NCBI GenBank assembly: GCA_964632315.1 | Contig: CAZWEM010000015.1 | Location: 1 to 64,000 of the forward strand | Source: an uncultured archaeon | GTDB taxonomy: Archaea; Asgardarchaeota; Lokiarchaeia; Sigyniarchaeales; SOKP01 | Direction: 5' to 3' | DNA: 64,000 bases | Shown: positions 11,161 to 19,760 of the stretch, one piece after another | Position numbering within the stretch: position 1 is the stretch's first letter | Layout: every line of letters starts with the position of its first letter | Translations under genes and position numbers: made by a program | Notes under the pieces: model-generated | What the model was told of the DNA's origin: nothing | What the model saw: the letters and a program-made list of their open reading frames with translations, nothing else | Database searches by the model: none

Positions 11161-11603
11161 TAGCTCCGAAATCATAGTTTTTTTGTGTCTACGGAACTAC
11201 TCTAAACCCCATCGAAGCATATATTAGAATTGGCTCCTATTGAAATGTTCTATCCCATTGTAAAAAAGTACAATGATTTGTTTGTCTCGTGTATCAAAAA
11301 TATACCTACATCAACAAGAGCTCGAGTATTACTGCCTCTATTTTGGATGGTTTTTTGTTTACCTTTAGTTTCTTTAAATGTATATTAATCTATAACCTGT
11401 AAACCTTTATAGAAACTACTTCAAGTTATAACTAAATGGATAATTCACTTGATATTGAATATAAAATAACATTTGGGTTCTAGGCAACGTTGTTTATAAA
11501 AAAAATATCCCGGCTTCAATCAAAAAAATGATCGCAACTTAATCGTTGTATAAACCGTATGATTGTTTTCCTAAACCAATGCAAAGACAATTACTATTGT
11601 CCA
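11151..11603 (-). ncRNA. candidate large structured non-coding RNA, family unrecognised (~453 nt)
   Basis: 12-bp terminal complementarity 11151-11162/11592-11603; at least 8 internal helices whose G-U pairs favour the minus strand; upstream TATA box, downstream T-tract; no ORF >=60 aa. Confidence 0.7.
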
Positions 11604-11625
11604 AATACTATTATACCCATTAGCC

Positions 11626-11640
11626 TATTTAAATGTTTTT
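11626..11640 (-). promoter_or_regulatory. BRE/TATA promoter of the candidate ncRNA
   Basis: Minus-strand AAAAACA-TTTAAATA ends 22 nt upstream of the predicted 5' end (11603), matching archaeal spacing. Confidence 0.6.
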
Positions 11641-11733
11641 ATTAAATAGTAAAATCTATTTCCAATATTCACAATAATAGCAAGCATTTTTTTGAAATAA
11701 TATAAATATTGGTGATAATATTATTAATAAAGT

Positions 11734-12132
11734 ATGTTTAATAGTGGAGAAATAGCCATTAAAATCGATCTTTTTGGAATTGGCTCGGTGAAGGCAATAA
11801 TTCATAGACATTTAAGTCCTTTAAGTGCAGATGCAATTCTAGATAAAATGCCTTTTATAATGCGAGGACGCTTTAATTTTGGTTCGAAAGATTATTGGTC
11901 ACTTCCGGGGATAGGAATTTTAAAAGGATTGAACACTAAATCAACGAGGACAGTAAAAAAAGGAGATATTATTTATAATCCTAAAAGTGATGAATTAGTT
12001 GTCCTTTTGGAGGATCGCGAAATGCCAAATAAGGTGAATTTAATAGGACAGATTACTAAAAATCTTGATTTATTTTTGCAGGCTAGAAGTGGACTTAATA
12101 CAAAATTTACTCGAATAAGATCAAAAAAGTAA
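11734..12132 (+). CDS. cyclophilin-like fold protein (TM1367/DUF369-like)
   Basis: RHLSPLSADAILDKMPF, VKKGDIIYNP, VNLIGQI. Confidence 0.7.
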   Translation: MFNSGEIAIKIDLFGIGSVKAIIHRHLSPLSADAILDKMPFIMRGRFNFGSKDYWSLPGIGILKGLNTKSTRTVKKGDIIYNPKSDELVVLLEDREMPNKVNLIGQITKNLDLFLQARSGLNTKFTRIRSKK

Positions 12133-12141
12133 GAAAGGATT

Positions 12142-12957
12142 ATGACGGTTTCAAGCAAATTGACATTTGTGTTCACATTTTTTTATATAGCAGTAATTAT
12201 ATATCTCCTCTTATTTCTTACTATTCCTGAATTTCAAAATGCAATTATTCAATCAAGGGAACAAATCGCAAACCTTACACAAGGTTCAAATTACTTTATT
12301 ACTGTGATAATTTCTATTTTTATCTGTTTCATTGGAAATGCGAGTATTGGTTTTCCAATACCATATCCATTTGTTTTGTTTTCATTTTCCCAATCAATAT
12401 TTACTAGATATGTATTATTAGGCTTGCCTGTTGAGATGATACTGATTAATGGCTATTTTTGGTTAGAATTAAGTGGAATCATTATATCTGGGGGTTTAGG
12501 AAGCATTTTAGGAGAACTTGTAAGTGTTATCGTAGGGGTTGGAGCTAAAAAAGTAGCGGAGAAAACAGATTCTCAAGCTTTCCAAAATGTTAAGGGATTT
12601 GGGAGAATTGTTTTAGATCATCCAAAAAGCATGTATTTTTTCATCTTTTTAGCAGCAGCTTTACCTATTCCTGATGATCCTATATGGATTGCTTTGGGAA
12701 TGTCTGATAAAAGGGTAAATTACTTAAAATGTGTGATATGGGGCTGGTTAGGTAAAAACATCACAACTCTTTTTTATGTAACTCTCCCAATATTTATCAT
12801 ATTGGGATATCGAGCTTCTGGAGTTGAAGTTAATGATATTACTAGTGTTATAACTGAATCTATAATGCTCTTAGTTACCCTAACTATGATGTTCTTCATC
12901 CTAAGCTTCAATTGGGACAAATTTATAGATCAGAGACAATCGGAAAAGCATAATTAA
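12142..12957 (+). CDS. DedA/VTT-domain membrane protein
   Basis: GNASIGFPIPY, GLGSILGELVS, FLAAALPIPDDPIWIALG, GK motif; multiple TM segments. Confidence 0.75.
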   Translation: MTVSSKLTFVFTFFYIAVIIYLLLFLTIPEFQNAIIQSREQIANLTQGSNYFITVIISIFICFIGNASIGFPIPYPFVLFSFSQSIFTRYVLLGLPVEMILINGYFWLELSGIIISGGLGSILGELVSVIVGVGAKKVAEKTDSQAFQNVKGFGRIVLDHPKSMYFFIFLAAALPIPDDPIWIALGMSDKRVNYLKCVIWGWLGKNITTLFYVTLPIFIILGYRASGVEVNDITSVITESIMLLVTLTMMFFILSFNWDKFIDQRQSEKHN

Positions 12958-13118
12958 CTATTATTTTTCAAGCAATTCTTACAAACAAAGACTGTTTTCT
13001 TCTTGTTTTTTGAATTCTCATCATAATAGATTTGCTTATAAATATAGTTATTGCATAGAGCACAAACTTGTTCTGTTCTATTTTCAGCTAAAAGTGGTCC
13101 TAACTTATCAAATGTCAT
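12954..13118 (-). CDS. small Cys4 zinc-finger protein (54 aa)
   Basis: MTFDKLGPLLAENRTEQVCALCNNYIYKQIYYDENSKNKKKTVFVCKNCLKNNS; 15 nt downstream of the Alba-like gene; not in ORF track. Confidence 0.7.
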   Translation of the reverse strand: MTFDKLGPLLAENRTEQVCALCNNYIYKQIYYDENSKNKKKTVFVCKNCLKNNS

Positions 13119-13133
13119 AATTATGATTAGATT

Positions 13134-13445
13134 TTAAATATTAGATTTTGAGAGTGTGATTGTAATTTTTGAAATCAAATCTTTTTGATTTTTTTTACTC
13201 CTATAATTCCTTCTGTTATTTCTTCTATTAAAATAAGGGCGACTTCCTAAAGAGACTTCTGCGATTTCAACACCAGGATACATTCGACTCTTTAGGATCT
13301 CCGCGACTTCCACTGCAGTTGAAATTTCATTTCCCTCTCCTTTTATAAATAATGATTTAGATCCTCCTGAAAATGCAAAAATAGCATCCTTTATTGTTTT
13401 TTCCATATCAGAACGATTTTTTATTATAAATGTTTCGTTAGTCAT
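13134..13445 (-). CDS. Alba-fold nucleic-acid-binding protein, divergent
   Basis: LFIKGEGNEISTAVEVAEILK...VEIAEVSLGS...ISKITITLSK follows the Alba pattern. Confidence 0.75.
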   Translation of the reverse strand: MTNETFIIKNRSDMEKTIKDAIFAFSGGSKSLFIKGEGNEISTAVEVAEILKSRMYPGVEIAEVSLGSRPYFNRRNNRRNYRSKKNQKDLISKITITLSKSNI

Positions 13446-13575
13446 CGGGTTGATGTAACCTTGATTAATAAATGAAAAAGAAGTCTAAGTATCTAATATA
13501 ATACAAGCAATATAAAACTTATTTAATGAAAATTCAAGTCCTTTAAATTTGGTTCCGGAAATAAAGTTTAAATAT

Positions 13576-14820
13576 TTAATTATTCTTATCAAGTTCAAAA
13601 CAAGCTTTAATATTGAGAGCTTCTAAAACCTTGTTGTATTCATAACTTTTAATTTCGAAGTGTTCTAGGGTTTTTCTCTCATTTGTATCCAAGAAATCGT
13701 AATAAGGATAAATTTTCCCTATTTTTTCTGAAAATTCTTTCATTATTTTAGCATATAACTCATTAGGTTTTGATAAAATACGCTTGATATGCTTTGAATA
13801 TTTGTTTCTTTTCTTTTCAAACTTTTTAATGTCACCTTTTTCTAGCAAATCTCTTAAAATTCCTTCAATTTTTTTAATTTTTTGTTCAATTCGCTCTCTA
13901 AATTTCGGGATCTTAAAGCTTTCCTTGAAGAGTTCAGGATCCCACTCGTAAAGAAATTTTTCATCATCGCCAAAACCGGCTTCATTCTTTGCTATAAAAG
14001 TATCATCTTTTGCTATTAGGATAAGACCATAATTTCTTTGTAAAAATGCCAATCGTTTTTTCAATATACCTTTATCAATATAATCTATCGCTTTTAGAAT
14101 TCTTGGCATATTTTTCTTAATGTCTTCAATAACTCTAAATCCCTCATTGAGAATATCTTCATGTTCCTTATCAACTTTTAATTCAATGTATCCAACAGGA
14201 GACCACGTTCCTCTTTGGGGATCTAACAATCTCAAAGCAGCTAAACCTAAATTAAAATCTCTAGATCTTAATTTACAATGATTGAAAATTAAACCAATCG
14301 CATAAGGATTGGGTATTTGATAACCTAATTGAGTTCGATGATCGATATCTGAAAATCTAAAGGGAAATCCAGGATGGGTGTGCCACCAGCCTATAATGAA
14401 ATCATTCTTTTCATCTCTAATGGAACGCTCATAAACTGATTCATCAATTTGGGCCATATCAACGTATTGTTTATTTTCATACGTCACCCCCGCACGGTTT
14501 CCTACCACCATCGGAATTGCATCCTTAATCACAACCGTTTTTCCATCCTCAATAGACCCAATAAGAATACCATAAACTTCTCGCCAATCATTTTCATCCA
14601 TCTCATCACTTGCATATCTCATTGCATATCCAATAATTCTTTCATATGCTTTATATTTTAGAATAGCTGGTGTTTTCATTAGTTCCTTACTCAATTTTGA
14701 AGGCTTTCGAATTTCGATATTATTAGTTAGCTCAACATCATTTTTTTCTTCTTTCTCTTTTAATTTATTGCGGTTCTCTGATTTTTTGTTTTCACTTGTA
14801 TTCATGGTATCTTTTGTCAT
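13576..14820 (-). CDS. JAMM/MPN+ metalloprotease (Rpn11/CSN5-like) with helical C-terminus
   Basis: EVYGILIG plus GWWHTHPGFPFRFSDID (H-x-H-x7-S-x2-D). Confidence 0.85.
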   Translation of the reverse strand: MTKDTMNTSENKKSENRNKLKEKEEKNDVELTNNIEIRKPSKLSKELMKTPAILKYKAYERIIGYAMRYASDEMDENDWREVYGILIGSIEDGKTVVIKDAIPMVVGNRAGVTYENKQYVDMAQIDESVYERSIRDEKNDFIIGWWHTHPGFPFRFSDIDHRTQLGYQIPNPYAIGLIFNHCKLRSRDFNLGLAALRLLDPQRGTWSPVGYIELKVDKEHEDILNEGFRVIEDIKKNMPRILKAIDYIDKGILKKRLAFLQRNYGLILIAKDDTFIAKNEAGFGDDEKFLYEWDPELFKESFKIPKFRERIEQKIKKIEGILRDLLEKGDIKKFEKKRNKYSKHIKRILSKPNELYAKIMKEFSEKIGKIYPYYDFLDTNERKTLEHFEIKSYEYNKVLEALNIKACFELDKNN

Positions 14821-14925
14821 CTCAGCATCATCTAAACTGCAAATTTAACAAATTAATTATAGAGTGAATTATTTTTATTTTTTTATAGTTTTTTTAATAT
14901 ATATGATTATTGATTTTATTGAAAA

Positions 14926-15480
14926 ATGAAAATTATTGGTTTTTGTGGGCTACCTGGAGCTGGTAAAACTACCGCAATAGGAGCAGTAAAAGATCTCGGG
15001 AAAGTCATTACAATGGGAGACGTAATTAGAAATGAGTTACTGAAACTGAATATAAAACCCTCTGATGACAACTTAGGAGATATGGCAAAAAAACTCCGCA
15101 ATGAGGGAGGTGAAGGAATTATTGCTGAAAAATGTATTGAACTCATAGAAAAGTTAGACCAAAGTGAAATTATTTTTATTGATGGGATAAGATCTAAAGC
15201 AGAAGTCAAAGTTTTTAGAAAGAAATGGAAATTTCCCCTCATAGCAATCGAAATTAACCAAAAATTGCGGTATAAAAGAATAGCTGACAGGGCGAGAACA
15301 GATGACTCAAGAGATTTAACAGATATTAAACAGAGAGATTTAAGAGAAATTAGATTTGGTTTAGAAGAGGTAATCAAAAACGCAGATTTTCACATTTATA
15401 ATGAAGGTAGTGTTGAGGATATGAAAGAAAAAACCAGAATCATTGTATTGAAGATTTTAAACTCCTTTTTTGACACATAA
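14926..15480 (+). CDS. P-loop nucleotide kinase, UPF0200/dephospho-CoA kinase-like
   Basis: GLPGAGKT, MGDVIR, IDGIRS, RDLRE..FGL. Confidence 0.8.
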   Translation: MKIIGFCGLPGAGKTTAIGAVKDLGKVITMGDVIRNELLKLNIKPSDDNLGDMAKKLRNEGGEGIIAEKCIELIEKLDQSEIIFIDGIRSKAEVKVFRKKWKFPLIAIEINQKLRYKRIADRARTDDSRDLTDIKQRDLREIRFGLEEVIKNADFHIYNEGSVEDMKEKTRIIVLKILNSFFDT

Positions 15481-15485
15481 TATGA

Positions 15486-16394
15486 TTATTCATATTTTAA
15501 ATACTGAGCAATTGCTTTAGCCAAAGATACTTTTGCAACTTCATTGTCAATAGAATCTGTTCCTATAATCTCATCTGCGCCAGCATTTAAAATTCTATAG
15601 GCTGCTTGTTCTAATAATAATGCATGCGTAGCAACAGCATAAATTTTATTAGCCCCACTCTCTTTCGCGATTTTTATTGCATTTGCCATTGTCCCTCCTG
15701 TAGCAATTATATCGTCAGCAATTATCACATTTCTGTTCTTTAAACTTAAACTTCCTTTCATAGTGATTTCTCCCGTTTTTACATCCCTTTTTTTTTCAAA
15801 ATAATCTACAGGAATTTCTTCTCCAAAATATCTTGCAAAAGCTTCAGATCTTTGAACTGCACCCTTATCTGGTGAGACTACTACTATATTTTGTGTCCCA
15901 AGAGATCTAATGTGATCAGCGAGAAGCCCCATTGAATTTATATTAACTGCTTTGCACGATATCTCTTCCAGAACCTCTGGATTATGAACATCGACCGTAT
16001 AAAATTCGTCAATGTTTAATGTATTGATTAACTTTAGTATATTTCTGGCAAAACTACATTCTCCAGGTCTAAATATTTTATCTTGGCGAGCATATGCAAG
16101 GTATGGGACTATTACAATAACCCTCTCTGCCCCCATCCTTTTTACCGCTTCAATCATCATGATCAATTCTAAAATACGAGCATTTTGATCCGCTTTAGCG
16201 CTTGGAGCTGTAGATTGAATAATAATGACTTCTTTCCCTTCAAAAAGAGTTTCATCTTCAATATTAATTCTTAAATAATTTTCACCATCGGGGAAAATTT
16301 TTGTTTCAGTATTTACAGATTCCAATTCTAATTCCACCTTAACTCTCATTCCCAACATTTGCGATGCTGGACCAATTACCAAAATTCTTTTCAT
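15486..16394 (-). CDS. prs: ribose-phosphate pyrophosphokinase
   Basis: FPDGE, PYLAYARQDK, SPDKGA, DDIIATGGT, THA. Confidence 0.96.
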   Translation of the reverse strand: MKRILVIGPASQMLGMRVKVELELESVNTETKIFPDGENYLRINIEDETLFEGKEVIIIQSTAPSAKADQNARILELIMMIEAVKRMGAERVIVIVPYLAYARQDKIFRPGECSFARNILKLINTLNIDEFYTVDVHNPEVLEEISCKAVNINSMGLLADHIRSLGTQNIVVVSPDKGAVQRSEAFARYFGEEIPVDYFEKKRDVKTGEITMKGSLSLKNRNVIIADDIIATGGTMANAIKIAKESGANKIYAVATHALLLEQAAYRILNAGADEIIGTDSIDNEVAKVSLAKAIAQYLKYE

Positions 16395-16431
16395 TTTTTC
16401 ACCTTTCTAAGACATAATTTTTTTCTTTCGT

Positions 16432-17154
16432 TTACAGACCAATAAAATCGACAGCAATTTGGATAATTTCTTCCCGATGACCCTTAAAGGAATGTCCTCC
16501 CGTGTCATATTCATAAACATTTTTATCATTCAATCCAAAGTGCTCTTTAATTTGATTTAAATTTTCAAATGGTATAAACTTATCATCCTTACAATGAAAC
16601 ACTAAAATTCTTGAATCATTATTCTTTTCTTTAACTCTAACATACCTTGGGCTAACTTTTAATATCACATCTTCCGGAAATTTCACGGTTGTAGTATGAT
16701 AATCATATCTGGTGGCTAATGCTATTAATTTGAAGACTCTCTCATCATCATATCCGTGAGTTAAAATCATTGCGCCTCCTAAACTACGACCAAACAAAGC
16801 AATTTTATCATCCAATAACCGATCAGTCTGGGTATTAAGGATCCAGGAAATTACGCGATTAATATCATTGAAAATTTCCTTCATTTGTTTTAACCAAGAT
16901 GAACCAGTTTGTTTTTTAGTCTCTCCATGGGCTCTATGATCATACCCTAAAACATAGAAACCTCTTGAGGCAAACTGTTCTGAAAAGAATTTTTCTAAGT
17001 AGCTTGCTCTATGTTGATTTAATCCTGCAACATTTACGATAAATGGAGCTCTTTCGGGAGTCTTTTCAGTGGTATAAATTGAAGCTTTTAGATTTATTCC
17101 ACTTTCCTCGATTGGGATATCGATATTTTCGACTTGTATTTCTATTTTTATCAC
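16432..17154 (-). CDS. alpha/beta hydrolase
   Basis: YDHRAHGET, GRSLGG, DD..IP, GGH. Confidence 0.85.
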   Translation of the reverse strand: MIKIEIQVENIDIPIEESGINLKASIYTTEKTPERAPFIVNVAGLNQHRASYLEKFFSEQFASRGFYVLGYDHRAHGETKKQTGSSWLKQMKEIFNDINRVISWILNTQTDRLLDDKIALFGRSLGGAMILTHGYDDERVFKLIALATRYDYHTTTVKFPEDVILKVSPRYVRVKEKNNDSRILVFHCKDDKFIPFENLNQIKEHFGLNDKNVYEYDTGGHSFKGHREEIIQIAVDFIGL

Positions 17155-17163
17155 CCATTCTCA

Positions 17164-17439
17164 TTATTTTTCATGTTGCATCACGTGCTTCTCTAAATCT
17201 TCTTCCCTTTCGAGATTATTTTCAGATTTATTATAATTTCTGATAATATCAACGATATGACTTGAAATCTTTAAATGCTCATCAACACATGAACTCTTTT
17301 CTAAAAAATCCTCACCCTTTCTGATTGCTACAAGATTCTCGTTGATCTTGATTAACTCAGTAGCCATTATACTATTAATGTAAATTAAATCAGAAATCAT
17401 TGATTTAAGATAAAGCATCAATTTTAGTTGATCTGACAT
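17164..17439 (-). CDS. hypothetical helical protein
   Basis: Clean 91-aa ORF co-oriented with neighbours. Confidence 0.65.
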   Translation of the reverse strand: MSDQLKLMLYLKSMISDLIYINSIMATELIKINENLVAIRKGEDFLEKSSCVDEHLKISSHIVDIIRNYNKSENNLEREEDLEKHVMQHEK

Positions 17440-17493
17440 AAGGAAATTAATAAATATATCAATTAAACTTTTATTTACTTTTTAAAGAGGTTT

Positions 17494-19182
17494 TTAAAAT
17501 AGTATGGTGAAAAATATTAGTAGGTATATAAACACCCCAAAAATTATCGATAATACTATTCCCAATCGCAAATAAAATGTCTTTCTGAATTCCTTAGTAG
17601 CTAGTAATCGCAAACTTCTTTTTAAATTCAGCAAATAACTTTTTAAAAACAAATCATTTTTTGCCTTTTTAGATATTGGAATTTGATACGTAATTGTTTT
17701 GGTAATAATTTCAATTATATCAACAGGAAGGCAAATGTAAAGGATTATTATAAAGATCAATAACACTAGGATAATTGAACTTATTGTATTATCTGCGATT
17801 AAAGACAATGAATCTGCAACTAACCATCCAAATCCTTGTTGGAGAGAAGAGAATAATATCAATCCTAAAATAAAAATCACATCAAAAGAGTCTAACTTCC
17901 TAAACCACTTTTTTACATTCAATTCTTTTACATCGAACGCAGAGTAAGTCTGAAACTTAAATAAAAGCATTCGTTTAAAAACAAATTTTCTTGTATTTGG
18001 ATTATATTCAAAGGAGTCTCCATCTTTTTTGTTAAAATCATAGCTTAGTGATTTAGTAATTAAAATAAATCCATAAATTAAAGCAAGCCACCAAAATAAA
18101 GGGCCAAACATTATCATAAAATTGAACATTATAAGCGATAATATAATGAGGAATAAGCCAAAAAACAAATTGAATAAACTGATGTGGTTCTTATTTATAT
18201 CTTCAAGAGAATACTTACTAGACGCTTCATTTCTTGATTCCAAATTCAGTCCTAAGAAACGACTAAATTCTTTATCAAAATTCTTACGGTTTTTAATTCT
18301 AAATGGAGAAAACCACATCTCATAAAGTCGCGAGTCTGTTGCAATTTCAAAATATCTCTGTTGAAAAAAAACTAGAATTATAAGAGATATTATTTCTAAT
18401 ATTGTTATAGTAAGAAAGGTCCACGATAAAGTAAATTCTGGAGCTGCACGTTCAGAAGAAAACAGAGAGATTGATGTCATGAGTTGCATTACAATAAATG
18501 GAAATAAGGCAGGTATCCAAGTGAGTTTTGGTCCTAAATAATTATCCTGATACCTCATCATTTCGACATCTTTTTTTGGAATTTCAGTTAACCAAGGAAA
18601 GCCTGGTCGAATTTCATAAAAATAATAAAAATTTTCTGATTTAGAGAAAATTCCTCTAAATGGGCTCAAGAAGAAATATAAAAACAAGCCAAATCCAAAC
18701 CCAATGGCTGGAAGACCAGTCAAATAAAACCAAGACGGTCCACCAAGAAATATGGCACTACCGTATGGTACTTCGTGCCCTACATCTGTTCCAAATACTG
18801 AAAGCGATAGGATCCCCCCCACGATAAGCAGTAAAGCAGCAATCAATCTTGTAAATGCAAAAGAATTAAATCTAATATTTTTAGTTATGGGTTCTCGCAA
18901 ATCTCTGACTTTCTTCAATACTATTGAATTCTCTCTAATATAATAAGATGCGATATAAAATTTCGATATAAGAATCATTCCAATTATTACTAATAATATA
19001 TCTATAACAAAAGAGAAATTTAAATCGAGAATAATTAAATCAAAATCTACCCCCAAGAAGAAAAATATTATCCCTAATGAAAAAATACTGATTCCAGCGA
19101 TTAAAAAGAAAATCCTTACTATCCTTTTCTTTGGATTTTCCTTTTTTAAATTTTCAATCTCTTCTTCAGATAGTATGTTCAT
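17494..19182 (-). CDS. hypothetical polytopic membrane protein
   Basis: 562-aa ORF, about 10 hydrophobic segments. Confidence 0.75.
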   Translation of the reverse strand: MNILSEEEIENLKKENPKKRIVRIFFLIAGISIFSLGIIFFFLGVDFDLIILDLNFSFVIDILLVIIGMILISKFYIASYYIRENSIVLKKVRDLREPITKNIRFNSFAFTRLIAALLLIVGGILSLSVFGTDVGHEVPYGSAIFLGGPSWFYLTGLPAIGFGFGLFLYFFLSPFRGIFSKSENFYYFYEIRPGFPWLTEIPKKDVEMMRYQDNYLGPKLTWIPALFPFIVMQLMTSISLFSSERAAPEFTLSWTFLTITILEIISLIILVFFQQRYFEIATDSRLYEMWFSPFRIKNRKNFDKEFSRFLGLNLESRNEASSKYSLEDINKNHISLFNLFFGLFLIILSLIMFNFMIMFGPLFWWLALIYGFILITKSLSYDFNKKDGDSFEYNPNTRKFVFKRMLLFKFQTYSAFDVKELNVKKWFRKLDSFDVIFILGLILFSSLQQGFGWLVADSLSLIADNTISSIILVLLIFIIILYICLPVDIIEIITKTITYQIPISKKAKNDLFLKSYLLNLKRSLRLLATKEFRKTFYLRLGIVLSIIFGVFIYLLIFFTILF

Positions 19183-19278
19183 TGAAAATTGACCTAAGTA
19201 ATAATGAATATTTTATCTTCAATTTTATTATTAATAAGAGTTAGTTTTTATTTTAAAATTCCTTAGGAATTCTTAGAA

Positions 19279-19758
19279 ATGGATTTTAAAGATTTTTACG
19301 ATGGTTTACTTTCCTCTTCTTTATTACTAATTATCTTCTCAATCACACTTCTTTATACATCCATATTTTTAAAACCTTATATTGCTCTGGAGCCAATAGT
19401 AAGTAATTATATTATAATTTTAAGCATTTTCAACTTGTTTTTTGCTTCACTATACTTATTTTGCTCTGTTAAGGTAAAGAAAGTATTTAAATTAGAATTA
19501 AAAAACATAATAAAATTTGGAAAGATATTGACTATAATCAACATTAATTATACACCCCATTTTGTTTTTATGCTTTCAATTTTCTTATTTGAATTACATA
19601 ATTTACTCTTTTTTATGATACTGCTAAATTGTATTATAGAATTTATTATAGTTGGAATTGTATATGTTGAGATATATGATTTATTATTTAAAAGGGAAAG
19701 TGAGCGAAAATTTGAATTTGAGAAAAATAAGAAATATTATTTTAAAGAGAAGGACTAA
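19279..19758 (+). CDS. hypothetical membrane protein
   Basis: About 4 hydrophobic segments. Confidence 0.65.
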   Translation: MDFKDFYDGLLSSSLLLIIFSITLLYTSIFLKPYIALEPIVSNYIIILSIFNLFFASLYLFCSVKVKKVFKLELKNIIKFGKILTIININYTPHFVFMLSIFLFELHNLLFFMILLNCIIEFIIVGIVYVEIYDLLFKRESERKFEFEKNKKYYFKEKD

Positions 19759-19760
19759 AT

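Noticed and set aside
11151-11603. Reading as RNase P RNA, SRP RNA or a MITE
   Set aside because: RNase P and SRP consensus motifs were not found on either strand. There is no target-site duplication (aaaag versus aatac) and no second copy in the window, and strand-biased G-U pairing with promoter and terminator favours an RNA gene. Provisional until cmscan is run
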